Of a DNA stretch of 64,000 nt, positions 29,201 through 44,670 are shown one piece after another; positions within the stretch are counted from its first letter, which is position 1; every line of letters begins with the position of its first letter. A program made the translations under genes and the position numbers. The notes below the pieces were generated by a model. That model worked only from the letters and a program-made list of their open reading frames with translations. It was not told the origin of the DNA and ran no database searches. This DNA comes from Eledone cirrhosa (lineage: Eukaryota), in assembly GCA_964016885.1 (NCBI GenBank), contig OZ024740.1:315332001-315396000 (forward strand). The letters are read 5' to 3'.

Positions 29201-29608
29201 TAAAGAGCGGGACGTTCCAAGAAAGGTCTCCAGACGCCGGAAGAAATCAGGCCACCCTGCTCCTGTCGGGGCATAGACGGCCACTAGCCTGAAAGCTTGC
29301 CCGTCTCCGCTGGTCACGTCCAGCACCACCAACTTACCTTCTGGGTCCAGGAAGATGGCCCGTATGGCGAGGTCCAAACCTCTCCGAAAAAGCACAGCAA
29401 CTCCTCCCCCCGATCCAGGACGGCTGGGAGATGCGTACACATCGTAGCCGCCGAAGATCGGTGCGAAGGTCCGTGCTTCGGAGATTCTGGTCTCGCTGAT
29501 GGCCACTACATCTATGTTTAGTGACCTGAGGTTGTTGAGCAGGTGACCCTGCTTCCATGACGACCCCAAGCCACGCGCATTTATGCTGCCTATTCTGAGT
29601 GAGGTCAT
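26250..29608 (-). pseudogene. LINE ORF2 (APE endonuclease, RT, C-terminal Zn finger), several frameshifts
   Basis: SINARGL, ISET, VYAP, GDWN, SYLDR, TDH; KSPGLD, FRPITLLN, VRQGCPLS, AYADD; CPRC...ETVLHALVQC. Confidence 0.92.
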
Positions 29609-29643
29609 GTTTAAAATAGAGTGGAAAAGATGGGAAAGACCAC

Positions 29644-31773
29644 TTACCGTACTTTTCGTAGAAGAAGGATGGTTTTTCCACCCCTTTTCACTTGATCGTC
29701 TGGTGAAGGGACCGTTGAATCGTCCCTTCGGCTGGTCGTCGGCTCTTCTATGAGTATGTCCGAATATACTCTCCGGTTGAGAGTACCTCCTAGGTCTCTG
29801 AAATCACCAACTGCGTTGGGGGATTTCGTTTTAATGTTTGTGTATTGTTTCTGTGCTATTTTTAGCAGTCTTATGTTAGTTGGCGTTTTGATTGGTGCTG
29901 GTATTATGTAGTCGTGCTGTGAAATGTCTGTGTGTTCAATTATGTAAGTCATTAGTTTCTTGTTGTGTGTATTTATTGCCGTGCATTTGTTTTTCTGGGG
30001 GTGGGGTGTGGTTCTGCTATTTTCTTGTCGTTGTTGCTGGGTGTGTGTGTTTTGTTGTTGTGTTTGCGATGCTGGTGCTTGTGGTGGTGGTGTTGAAGGT
30101 GTTGTTGTTGTTGGCGGTGGGGTTGTCGCCGGTGGTGATGGTGGTGCTAGTGTGGGTGGTGATGGTGTTGGTGGTGTTGCTGCTGTGAGTCTCTTTGCAG
30201 TAGCCTTTACCCTTTTTTCATTTCTTTCCTCCCTTTTCGAAGGCAACGATGCGCTGCTTCTGCGTTTGTGCCTTCTTACGACCTTTTTCCATCCCTCTCT
30301 CACCTCACACTCCATGTCTGATTCTGTGAGGTCCGGGGGGGGGGGTACCAACTCCACTCTTTCACTTGTTGTTGGTGGTGATGTTTGCACTGGAGTCTCT
30401 GTTGCAGCTGCATTTGGTATTGCTGTTGTTGTTGTTAATACTTCCACTGCTGCTGCTGTTTTTGATTTGCGTGGGGTGGGCATGGCTGCCACGGACCTAT
30501 CGTTCCTGGTTGCCGCTTGTCCTGTTGCTGGTAGCCGTGGAGCCGGTTTCGGAAGGAGGGGGTTTTCTCCTTTCTCAGGGTCTTCTCATTGCAGAAGGCC
30601 CTGAGGTGAGTCTTCGATCCACAGCGAAAGCATTTCGGGCGTTTGCCCTCAACACTTATGGGCAGTTGAGTGCCGTTATCGAAGTCTATCACATCCGGGA
30701 TAGCTTCGATGCACTCCTGGTTGGTTTGGATTAACATCTCAATGGAGGTGCCGACCCAATCTTCTCTTACTTTTTTCTGTACTTGCAGTACAGTTGTTTT
30801 GTCCTCGATTCCGACGAGGACAGACGCAGCCAGCCAAGAAGGGGCCATCCCGGGGGGGACGTGGGTCAGTTTGACCCTCACAATTTTTTGCCCGCAGTAG
30901 GAGGGCACCAACACCATTTCCTCGCTCCTTAGGGTCACTAAGGATTGAGCCTTTGCCTCCTGGAGTGTGGCAAAAAGCACGTCTACGGTGGCATATTTCT
31001 TGACTCGGGTGATGTGCGTTTTCCGCTGCCACACAGACCCTAAGGCTTTTTGTATTTGAGCCTCTGTGGCTCTTTCAACCCTACGGGATTTTGTGCTTAC
31101 TGTACGGTACGTGACCGTACAGTGCTGTTGGGTTTCGAAAAAATTTTCGGCGGCCTTGCAGATTGCTCGGTGTCCGGTTTTTGTCACCATCTTCTTCGCT
31201 TCCTCTAATTCCTCATTTGTTATGAAGATGGTTTCCAGGTTCTTTGCGATACCTGCAAACGAGATCGGTTTTTCTTTGCTGCTGTTGTTGTTGTTGTCGT
31301 CGTCAGAGCTGCTGTTACTTTTGTTGTTGCTGCAGGTACTACGACTACTGCCGCTGTTGCTGTGGTTGTTGTTGCTGCTGCTGCTGTTGTTGTTGCTGCT
31401 AATGCTGTTGTTGTTTATGCTGCTGCTGATGCTGTTGCGGCTGCTACTGTTGTTTTCGTTGTCACTGTTGCTGTTGCTGCTGTTAATACGGCTGCTACTA
31501 CTATTATTCCTGACGTCAGACGAATGAAATGGGTTTTCGTATTTCCCGCACACATTTTTCGTCGTTGTCGTCGTCGTCGTCGTGGAGAAATCTTGCACGC
31601 TTTGCACGTGATTTTTCTTTTCTGGCGTCGCTTGCGAAAGAGAAGGGGGTGGAGAGAGACACATTTAGAGAAGGGAGGGAGAGAGACAATCTTCCCTCTG
31701 CTGTAGTGACGATTGAGGAAGAAGAAGACGGAATGAGTGGGAGTGACCTATGAAAATTCTTTTTCGTAGCCAT
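29644..31773 (-). pseudogene. LINE ORF1 (gag-like, CCHC zinc knuckle), split over three frames
   Basis: ORF pieces 31516-31773, 30435-31664 and 29644-30492; CX2CX4HX4C motif. Confidence 0.8.
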
Positions 31774-31990
31774 GTTTTTTTTTTTTGTTTAAAATAAATA
31801 TTGGGCACAAAACCCCAATAAGCGGTTATTTAACCCCGAAGGGCCAAATAACGGGCAGAAAGACCCCTCTCACGAGGAGGAGGGAGTTTTTGTCTACAAT
31901 TTGGTTAAAGTTTTAAACAATTTACAATTGTTATAGCGGTCAAAATTTACAATACCTTACAGAGCCGAGCCTCCGTCAACCATAGCATTC

Positions 31991-32049
<59 letters not shown>

Positions 32050-32435
32050 GGCGCTCTGGGAATGATACCTAAGGGGTCTAATGATTACATATCGCAAATC
32101 CCAGGAAACCCGCGTATAGGAGAAATACAAAAGATAGTACTAATGGGAACTGCCCATATACTAAGGAAGATTCTGTCAATATAAGTACATCACAAGTCTA
32201 AACACTAAAGATGCATGTGTGAATATGTATGTTCTTTCTTGAACATGGCGGACCTTGTTGTCTCTTGAGGTCACTGGTTGTGACTTGGTGATAACTCGTA
32301 TGAACATAAAGCAAGATAAATGCAACTGTAATAATAATAATAAAATAAAAAAATATATAATTCACGTGAAAAAAAAAAGTGGTTAAAAAGCGGGCTACTA
32401 ACCTCAAGATTCCGAGTACAAACGTTAATAATAAC
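32050..32435 (+). mobile_element. R4/Dong-like retrotransposon 3' fragment in (TAA)n
   Basis: GALGMIPKG...EIQKIVLMGTAHILRKILSI* (32050-32184), then a 3' UTR ending taataataa. Confidence 0.75.
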
Positions 32436-32444
32436 ATCACTAGG

Positions 32445-32488
32445 ACACCTGATGAAGGCTGGAGAGAACATCAGCCGAAACGTTGTGT
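32445..32488 (+). ncRNA. Minimal type I hammerhead ribozyme
   Basis: acac CTGATGA a ggctg-gagagaacat-cagcc GAAAC GTT gtgt; all stems pair. Confidence 0.85.
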
Positions 32489-32536
32489 TAACAAAACAAG
32501 ATGAGGACACCTATCCGTCCAATATATTATATATAA

Positions 32537-32850
<314 letters not shown>

Positions 32851-33072
32851 TGATAAAGAAGGAAATCATCAAGAAAGCGCCTGATGATTTCCTTCGAATG
32901 AAACAGTTCTAGTCTTGTAGAAGGCATTTCTATATTAAATATTGTATATACTCTACTATGTATTGAGTACCTTACTGACTGTGGTTACCCCCGATTGAAC
33001 CCGGGATATATGCACGCACGTACACACACAAACACAAACACACACACACAAACACACACACACATACACACA

Positions 33073-33125
<53 letters not shown>

Positions 33126-33502
33126 GAGTTAAACAAGATTCAATGAGTGCATCAAAGAATGAGTTTTACAGTAGATATAATATTACAGCATAAATTACTC
33201 CCCTTTATCTCTCCCTCTCTTTAATTATCTATCAGTTGCATTCTCAAGTTAAAAACTAAAAAAATTATAACTCCAGATATGTCTTCCTCTATAGTCCTAC
33301 TGTAGTATTCCAGACTTTAAAAACTCTATAACTGTTACATTAAAGCAATGTTTTTCTTACTCACACCCTCTCTATTGATTCTATTACGTTTTCGCATGTT
33401 CTCATTATTAAGGTATAAATATTGAGTTTTCCCATAAGTTAATCACTACCTTGATTAAATCTTAACCATCTAACATGTCAGGGTATGTCATGTATCATTT
33501 TA

Positions 33503-33567
33503 TTTTATCTGATGAGGACGTACTGTTGAACTTGATTCACGTACCTCTGAAATATGTATAATAAAAT
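33503..33567 (+). ncRNA. Hammerhead ribozyme motif in a PLE-type 3' remnant
   Basis: ttttat CTGATGA g.gtac...gtac.. GAAA tatgt ATA ataaaa. Confidence 0.65.
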
Positions 33568-33737
33568 TTAATTGATCACAAGAATATCTATTTTGTTAAT
33601 ATTTGAATTTAATATATATATATATATATATATAAATGCGACGAAATATCAATGATGGTTGGCAAATAACTGACGAAGGACTATTTTTATCATATGTAAC
33701 CCATGTGCAACCACGCAGTATTTTTCTTTCTTCTCAT

Positions 33738-33784
<47 letters not shown>

Positions 33785-33948
33785 AAAGTTTTATTTAAAA
33801 TTGTTGGGTTACAACAAGTAAATATTTTATAACCGATATAAAGCACTCGACAAGTTTTTGGAGTAGATATATGATACCAGCTTCCTACCTTAATGGTCGC
33901 TTATATTTATGGTACGTCAAAATTATTTATAAAACAGTTTATATATTG

Positions 33949-34013
33949 TATTTTATCTGACGAAGGCATGCCATATTTTTAATATGGTATCCCTGAAATA
34001 TGTATAATGAAAT
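33949..34013 (+). ncRNA. Hammerhead ribozyme motif (family B)
   Basis: tattttat CTGACGA agg.atgcca...tggtat.cct GAAA tatgt ATA atgaaata. Confidence 0.6.
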
Positions 34014-34054
34014 AAATATGGTTTTATAAATATAATTTCCATTTGTTTACTATC

Positions 34055-34245
<191 letters not shown>

Positions 34246-34885
34246 TACTCTACACACAGGTACACACATACACTCGAAAGCATGTATATGTTTTTGTCCA
34301 ATAACTACAGGACATAATATGGCGCTCTTTTGTCCCATTTCTAGTCTGTGCGACACCAGTAAACCGGTTACTAATGAAGCTTACTGGTGTCTTATAATAA
34401 TTTCATAATACTTAACATTTTTATAATCTAAAAACCAAAAGCAAAAGCGAAATAGTATATTCAACATGCCACAAAAAACTTTTTTGCGTTTGTTTTTCTA
34501 ACGGTTGTTATTATAAAAGATGAATAATTTTACTGTTCTGCTTAAAGCAACATCTAGAATTTCTTTCAGCAGATGACGCTACAACAATAAATGTTGCTGG
34601 GATTTCAAGACACCCAACAGATTGTAGTGTTGTATATTATAGTCACTTTACTAGTGTGGCTATAGTAACAGGGACAGTATAACTGGTGGGGCCAGAGGGG
34701 AGAGGACATACCCCTCCTTCCTCAATAATTATATTTTTCTCCTCAAATTAATAAAAAAACACATCTATTCGGATATACGCTACAATTTATGTACATATTA
34801 TGTTTATCGCATATCGAAGTTTTCTGATCATTTTAGAGTGCAAAGATCTAAACTAAACACTACAACTAAATTGACTATATTATAT

Positions 34886-35073
34886 TGCGGTGGATTGGCA
34901 GTATTGGTAGAGTGTCGGACGCCATCCTTTGGCGCATAGAGTTACGGCCCTTGCCATTCTGAGTTCAAATCCCGCCGAGGTTAACTTTGCCTTTCATCCT
35001 TACGGGGTCGATAAAATAAAGTACCAGTAATACACTGGGTAATTGCTGGCCTTGTGCCTAACGTAGAAACAAT
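34886..35073 (+). mobile_element. tRNA-derived SINE (main family)
   Basis: Full-length match; abuts the satellite. Confidence 0.9.
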
Positions 35074-35074
35074 T

Positions 35075-38000
35075 ATATATTATAGTAATTTTACTAGTGT
35101 GGTTACAGGAAGATATTGTAGCGTGGTATATTATAGTCACTTTACTAGTGTAGTTATAGTAAGATATTGTAGTGTTGTTTCTTATAGTCACATTACTAGT
35201 GTAATTATAGTAAGATATTCTAGTGTTGTTTATTATAGTCACTTTACTAGTGTAGTTATAGTAAGATATTGTAGTGTGGTATATTATAGTCACATTACTA
35301 GTGTAGTTATAGTAAGATATTGTAGTGTGGTATATTATAGTCACTTAACTAGTGTAGTTACAGTAAGATATTGTAGTGTGGTATATTATAGTCACTTAAC
35401 TAGTGTAGTTACAGTAAGATATTGTAGTGTGGTATATTATTGTCACTTAACTAGTGTAGTTATAGTAAGATATTCTAGTGTGGTATATTATAGTCACTTT
35501 ACTAGTGTAGTTATAGTAAGATATTGTAGTGTGGTATATTATAGTCACATTACTAGTGTAGTTACAGTAAGATATTGTAGTGTGGTATATTATAGTCACA
35601 TTACTAGTGTAGTTATAGTAAGATATTGTAGTGTGGTATATTATAGTCACTTTACTAGTGTAGTTATAGTAAGATATTCTAGTGTGGTATATTATAGTCA
35701 CTTTACTAGTGTAGTTATAGTAAGATATTGTAGTGTGGTATATTATAGTCACATTACTAGTGTAGTTATAGTAAGATATTGTAGTGTGGTATATTATAGT
35801 CACTTAACTAGTGTAGTTACAGTAAGATATTCTAGTGTGGTATATTATAGTCACATTACTAGTGTAGTTACAGTAAGATATTCTAGTGTGGTATATTATA
35901 GTCACTTTACTAGTGTAGTTACAGTAAGATATTGTAGTGTGGTATATTATAGTCACTTTACTAGTGTAGTTATAGTAAGATATTCTAGTGTGGTATATTA
36001 TAGTCACTTTACTAGTGTAGTTATAGTAAGATATTGCTGTGTGGTATATTATAGTCACATTACTAGTGTAGTTATAGTAAGATATTGTAGTGTGGTATAT
36101 TATAGTCACTTTACTAGTGTAGTTATAGTAAGATATTGCAGTGTGGTATATTATAGTCACATTACTAGTGTAGTTATAGTAAGATATTGTAGTGTGGTAT
36201 ATTATAGTCACTTAACTAGTGTAGTTATAGTAAGATATTGTAGTGTGGTATATTATAGTCACATTACTAGTGTAGTTACAGTAAGATATTGTAGTGTGGT
36301 ATATTATAGTCACTTTACTAGTGTAGTTACAGTAAGATATTGTAGTGTGGTATATTATAGTCACTTTACTAGTGTAGTTACAGTAAGATATTGTAGTGTG
36401 GTATATTATAGTCACTTTACTAGTGTAGTTATAGTAAGATATTGTAGTGTGGTATATTATAGTCACATTACTAGTGTAGTTATAGTAAGATATTGTAGTG
36501 TGGTATATTATAGTCACTTTACTAGTGTAGTTATAGTAAGATATTGTAGTGTGGTATATTATAGTCACATTACTAGTGTAGTTATAGTAAGATATTGCTG
36601 TGTGGTATATTATAGTCACTTTACTAGTGTAGTTATAGTAAGATATTGTAGTGTCGTATATTATAGTCACATTACTAGTGTAGTTATAGTAAGATATTGT
36701 AGTGTGGTATATTATAGTCACTTTACTAGTGTAGTTATAGTAAGATATTGTAGTGTGGTATATTATAGTCACATTACTAGTGTAGTTACAGTAAGATATT
36801 GTAGTGTGGTATATTATAGTCACATTACTAGTGTAGTTATAGTAAGATATTGTAGTGTGGTATATTATAGTCACTTTACTAGTGTAGTTATAGTAAGATA
36901 TTCTAGTGTGGTATATTATAGTCACTTTACTAGTGTAGTTATAGTAAGATATTGTAGTGTGGTATATTATAGTCACATTACTAGTGTAGTTATAGTAAGA
37001 TATTGTAGTGTGGTATATTATAGTCACTTAACTAGTGTAGTTACAGTAAGATATTCTAGTGTGGTATATTATAGTCACATTACTAGTGTAGTTACAGTAA
37101 GATATTCTAGTGTGGTATATTATAGTCACTTTACTAGTGTAGTTACAGTAAGATATTGTAGTGTGGTATATTATAGTCACTTTACTAGTGTAGTTATAGT
37201 AAGATATTCTAGTGTGGTATATTATAGTCACTTTACTAGTGTAGTTATAGTAAGATATTGCTGTGTGGTATATTATAGTCACATTACTAGTGTAGTTATA
37301 GTAAGATATTGTAGTGTGGTATATTATAGTCACTTTACTAGTGTAGTTATAGTAAGATATTGCAGTGTGGTATATTATAGTCACATTACTAGTGTAGTTA
37401 TAGTAAGATATTGTAGTGTGGTATATTATAGTCACTTAACTAGTGTAGTTATAGTAAGATATTGTAGTGTGGTATATTATAGTCACTTTACTAGTGTAAT
37501 TATAGTAAGATATTGTAGTGTGGTATATTATAGTCACTTTACTAGTGTAGTTATAGTAAGATATTGTAGTGTGGTATATTATAGTCACTTTACTAGTGTA
37601 GTTACAGTAAGATATTGTAGTGTGGTATATTATAGTCACATTACTAGTGTAGTTACAGTAAGATATTGTAGTGTGGTATATTATAGTCACTTTACTAGTG
37701 TAGTTACAGTAAGATATTGTAGTGTGGTATATTATAGTCACTTTACTAGTGTAGTTACAGTAAGATATTGTAGTGTGGTATATTATAGTCACTTTACTAG
37801 TGTAGTTATAGTAAGATATTGTAGTGTGGTATATTATAGTCACATTACTAGTGTAGTTATAGTAAGATATTGTAGTGTGGTATATTATAGTCACTTTACT
37901 AGTGTAGTTATAGTAAGATATTGTAGTGTGGTATATTATAGTCACATTACTAGTGTAGTTATAGTAAGATATTGCTGTGTGGTATATTATAGTCACTTTA

Positions 38001-39855
38001 CTAGTGTAGTTATAGTAAGATATTGTAGTGTCGTATATTATAGTCACATTACTAGTGTAGTTATAGTAAGATATTGTAGTGTGGTATATTATAGTCACTT
38101 TACTAGTGTAGTTATAGTAAGATATTCTAGTGTGGTATATTATAGTCACATTCCTAGTGTAGTTATAGTAAGATATTGTAGTGTGGTATATTATAGTCAC
38201 TTTACTAGTGTAGTTATAGTAAGGTATTGTAGTGTGGTATATTATAGTCACTTTACTAGTGTAGTTATAGTAAGATATTGTAGTGTGGTATATTATAGTC
38301 ACTTTACTAGTGTAGTTATAGTAAGATATTCTAGTGTGGTATATTATAGTCACATTACTAGTGTAGTTATAGTAAGATATTGTAGTGTGGTATATTATAG
38401 TCACATTACTAGTGTAGTTATAGTAAGATATTGTAATGTGGTATATTATAGTCACTTTACTAGTGTAGTTATAGTAAGATATTCTAGTGTGGTATATTAT
38501 AGTCACTTTACTAGTGTAATTATAGTAAGATATTGTAGTGTGGTATATTATAGTCACTTTACTAGTGTAGTTATAGTAAGATATTGTAGTGTGGTATATT
38601 ATAGTCACTTTACTAGTGTAATTATAGTAAGATATTGTAGTGTGGTATATTATAGTCACTTTACTAGTGTAATTATAGTAAGATATTCTAGTGTGGTATA
38701 TTATAGTCACTTTACTAGTGTAGTTATAGTAAGATATTCTAGTGTGGTATATTATAGTCACATTACTAGTGTAATTATAGTAAGATATTGTAGTGTGGTA
38801 TATTATAGTCACTTTACTAGTGTAGTTATAGTAAGATATTGTAGTGTGGTATATTATAGTCACATTACTAGTGTAGTTATAGTAAGATATTCTAGTGTGG
38901 TATATTATAGTCACTTTACTAGTGTAATTATAGTAAGATATTCTAGTGTGGTATATTATAGTCACTTTACTAGAGTAATTATAGTAAGATATTCTAGTGT
39001 GGTATATTATAGTCACATTACTAGTGTAGTTATAGTAAGATATTCTAGTGTGGTATATTATAGTCACTTTACTAGTGTAATTATAGTAAGATATTGTAGT
39101 GTGGTATATTATAGTCACTTTACTAGTGTAGTTATAGTAAGATATTGTAGTGTGGTATATTATAGTCACTTTACTAGTGTAGTTATAGTAAGATATTGTA
39201 GTGTGGTATATTATAGTCACTTTACTAGTGTAGTTATAGTAAAATATTGTAGTGTGGTATATTATAGTCACTTTACTAGTGTAGTTATAGTAAGATATTC
39301 TAGTGTGGTATATTATAGTCACTTTACTAGTGTAGTTATAGTAAGATATTCTAGTGTGGTATATTATAGTCACTTTACTAGTGTAGTTATAGTAAGATAT
39401 TCTAGTGTGGTATATTATAGTCACTTTACTAGTGTAGTTATAGTAAGATATTCTAGTGTGGTATATTATAGTCACTTTACTAGTGTAGTTATAGTAAGAT
39501 ATTCTAGTGTGGTATATTATAGTCACTTTACTAGTGTAGTTATAGTAAGATATTCTAGTGTGGTATATTATAGTCACTTTACTAGTGTAGTTATAGTAAG
39601 ATATTGTAGTGTGGTATATTATAGTCACTTTACTAGTGTAGTTATAGTAAGATATTGTAGTGTGGTATATTATAGTCACTTTACTAGTGTAGTTATAGTA
39701 AGATATTCTAGTGTGGTATATTATAGTCACTTTACTAGTGTAGTTATAGTAAGATATTCTAGTGTGGTATATTATAGTCACTTTACTAGTGTAGTTATAG
39801 TAAGATATTCTAGTGTGGTATATTATAGTCACTTTACTAGTGTAGTTATAGTAAG
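35075..39855. repeat. 51-bp tandem satellite, about 94 units
   Basis: Unit tattatagtcactttactagtgtagttatagtaagatattgtagtgtggta. Confidence 0.98.
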
Positions 39856-40079
39856 TAAAGAAATAGTTTTCGAGAGAGATACATTAAATAAAAACAAAAA
39901 GAAAAGAGTAAATGGATCTCCGTCGGTTTCGACTGTGCATTTCAATTCCTCGATTAACTGAAGAGTCTGTTGGTGAGTTCTTTTCTTAATTTAGACGAAA
40001 GCCCATCAAATCTGGGGCAAGAGCAAAGTTGATCAAATCACCCCCAGTTCTTGACTGGTATATTATTATATTAACCCTC

Positions 40080-40580
40080 TTGGTGATAGTGGTGGTGGTC
40101 GTCGTCGTTGTGGTGGTGGTGGTGGTGATGGTCGTCGTTGTGGTGGTGGTGGTGATGGTCGTCGTTGTGGTGGTGGTGGTGGTGATGGTCGTCGTTGTGG
40201 TGGTGGTGGTGGTCGTCGTCGTTGTGGTGGTGGTGGTGGTGGTGGTCGTCGTCGTCGTTGTGGTGTTGGTGGTGGTGGTGGTCGTCGTCGTCGTCGTTGT
40301 GGTGTTGGTGGTGGTGATCGTCGTTGTTGTGGTGTTGGTGGTGGTGGTGGTGGTCGGCGTAGTCGTTGTGGTGTTGGTGGTGGTGGTGGTAGTGGTGGTG
40401 GTGGTGGTGGTGGTGGTGGTGGTGGTGGTGTTGGTGGCGGTGGTGGTGGTCACCGTCGTAGTCGTTGTGGTGTTGGTGGTGGTAGTGTTCGACGTAGTCG
40501 TTGTGGTGTCGGTGGTGGTGGTGGTGGTGGTGGTCGTGGTGGTCGTGGTCGTTGTGGTGTTGCTGGTGTTGGCTGTGGTA
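40080..40580. repeat. (GTG/GTC)n trinucleotide tract
   Basis: Seen directly. Confidence 0.95.
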
Positions 40581-41059
40581 GAGGTTTGGTTAAAAGGTCC
40601 TCTTACCAACATCTTTACACACGTCGTGTATCATCACTCTAGTCGTATTAATTACAAATGGAATGATGGACCACTAAGTTAAATGTAATCAATTCTGTAC
40701 ATTATGGTCACTCCACCATTGTTATGTCAATAATTACATCTCTACTACGCCATACAAATTATTTGGCGTGTATTCAGCTTTAAAGTGTGTTGAAGAAACC
40801 TGGCTATCACATGTTAATAAAGTTATACTATAGTTGTGCTTGTTGTTGATGCTGTTGTTGTTGTTGTTACTAATGCTGTTACTGTTGTTGTTATTGCTGA
40901 TGTTGTTGTTGTTGTTGTTGTTGTTGCTGCTGGTATTGTAGCTGTTTTGTTGTTGCTTAGCCCCAGGTAACCATTTATCAAGCAGACTTATGATCAGAGA
41001 CGTTCCAGCGATTGGCACCTCGTCCTTCTCTCGGTCATTTTGGTATATTTTGGACTAAA

Positions 41060-41215
41060 TTATCCAATGTCACAATTCCTCTTTTTGGCTACCCGCATAG
41101 ATGTGAGCCTCGCGAGCTGGAATGGCTCTTCCAGCGTGTCTCCGACACTATCCTCCGAGAAAACGCCTTCTCTATTCTGTCCGCCGGAGCCGCGGGGCGG
41201 CCAACACGTGGGCCC
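41060..41215 (+). mobile_element. CRE-clade retrotransposon C-terminal fragment
   Basis: EPRELEWLFQRVSDTILRENAFSIL resembles the CRE/MoTeR-type DPRE..WL.QR.S.AI.RGNA..IL end motif. Confidence 0.55.
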
Positions 41216-41646
41216 ATATATTCTTATAATAGTGAGAGATGGGGAGAGCAGGAGAGGCGGAAGCAGTGACAGTAGAAGTTTGGTTTCATTGTGTTCGGCT
41301 CTGATGTATATGTAGATATTTATTTACCACACCACATATACATACATATATACACTACGTCAACGATATTCAATATACTTTATATGTTGTTGTTTCTTTT
41401 TTAGTCCTAGATCAGCCAGACTTTATAAACGTTAATGAACGGCTAACACATCGTCGTCTTCTATGCTACTCCTCGTTACACACGCAAGAGGGTGTGATTT
41501 AAAAAAGGATTGTCAGTTATTTCTAACAGGTCAAACAACCTTATAGATGACTCTTTGTTGGGGCCCAAGATGTCGACCCCTCCTTGCTCTCTGATCTCTG
41601 ATCTCGATCAAGCAAACGACAACAACCTGAAACATCGACAGTCTCA

Positions 41647-41812
41647 AGAAGAAGAAGAAGAAGAAGAAGAAGAAGAAGAAGAAGAAGAAGAAGAAGAAGA
41701 AGAAGAAGAAGAAGAAGAAGAAGAAGAAGAAGAAGAAGAAGAAGAAGAAGAAGAAGAAGAAGAAGAAGAAGAAGAAGAAGAAGAAGAAGAAGAAGAAGAA
41801 GAAGAAGAAGAA
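41647..41812. repeat. (GAA)n microsatellite
   Basis: About 55 pure units. Confidence 0.98.
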
Positions 41813-41936
41813 ACCAAATTACAGATTGATCCATTATTAAAACAACCGTTAGTACGCCCCTCTCAGGAAAAAGTGGGCGAAGAAGAAGAAGAAGAAGAAG
41901 AAGTTATCCTTCCAGAAGAAGTCGTTTACTCGTAGC

Positions 41937-42205
41937 TGTTTACTTTATGACACTAAATCTGGCCTAAGCGCAGCAGCATCGAGTCGTCGCATTAACAATG
42001 TATTTGGTCACACACCATGTCTGAACACAGTGCTAGGGACTGGTTCGTACGATTTCGTTCCGGTGATTACAGACTTCAAGATCGACTTCGCTCAGAATGT
42101 CCAGCAGACTTCAGTGACAAGCAACTGCGTGAGCAAGTGGAAGCCGAGCTACGCCAGACATCATGCCAACTCTCCAAAGTGCTTGGAACATCGGAAACAA
42201 CCATC
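41937..42205 (+). pseudogene. Mariner transposase N-terminal HTH fragment
   Basis: CLLYD.KSGLSAAASSRRINNVFG...ARDWFVRFRSGDYRLQD.LRS.CP...EQVEA..RQTS.QLSKVLG. Confidence 0.8.
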
Positions 42206-42929
42206 CTGATGTTTTTACGAATGAAACAGTTCTAGTCCAAATGCTAGCGACTGAATACATACCTGTTATACGTGTTTTTTTCTCAAAAATGTATGTATGT
42301 ATATATATATATAATATCAACGTCTATTTTTATTACAAGCAATCAAATAAATCTTGTGGTGATCAATGCCAGCCAAAACATAATGCCAAAGTGAGTTGAT
42401 TTTTCGTTAAAGGTAAAGAAAACTAACGTTTCGGTCAATTGTTCCGCTTCAGAAGGAGGAATATCTGAGAGGAAGTCGCGCCTTAGTCGCAACATAATGT
42501 AATTTTTCAGATATGTTCGTATGTGTGAATTACAACTATGTTGATACAATTTTAAACAAAACACTTTAAAATTTACATAAATAAATAAATACAACAGTTG
42601 AATAAAATGGCACTCAATATATGTGTGAAAGTGATGTTCGAAAGGGTATCCTCCACTACCAACTAACTTAACTGGGTCTCGGCCGACATGGTAGAGAATG
42701 CATTGCACTAGAGGACGGCGAGGGAGACGCGCTGGAATAGCCACTCCGCCGCAACGTTATGAATGAAATATGGAACAAAGTAAAGGAGTGTTGTTGATGA
42801 CTGGGGGTAGGAAGAGAGAAAGGGAAAGGCTAGAGAGAAAGTTTATGAGTAGTACACGAAGTGAACGATTGTTAGATTCTTTCACTCCTCAACATATAAA
42901 TCAAATCACTGAGCTCTAATACGAACACT

Positions 42930-42990
<61 letters not shown>

Positions 42991-43367
42991 TATTATATAT
43001 ATAAACGCGTGTGTATATCTACATACATGCATGCATATATATATATATATATACACACAAAAATATATATAGATATTGTGTATATGTGCATTTATATGTA
43101 TACATACTCCCAAGCTCACGCACACACACACACACACATACACACACACACACACTTATACACACATATACATATATATATATATATATATACACACACA
43201 TATATATATATATATGTATTAGACATAACCTATTATGTATATATGCATGTGTGTATATATATATATATGTGTGTGTGTATAAATCAACAGGTTTACTTCC
43301 AGGAAATGTTGCTGTAACAGCTGCACCTACATTTGTCATGATGGTTGAAAAGGTTCAATTTTTTATT

Positions 43368-44670
<1,303 letters not shown>

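Larger units (their letters stand above)
25979..31990 (-). mobile_element. Near full-length L1/Tx1-clade LINE, frameshifted
   Basis: ORF1 with CFRCGSKTHLRAFC knuckle; ORF2 APE + RT + CCHC; AATAAA near the 3' end; ATT repeats on both flanks. Confidence 0.92.

Noticed and set aside
35054-39961. 1635-aa ORF and antisense ORFs
   Set aside because: Consequence of a stop-free 51-bp (17-codon) unit. The frame starts inside a SINE and shows no protein-like features.
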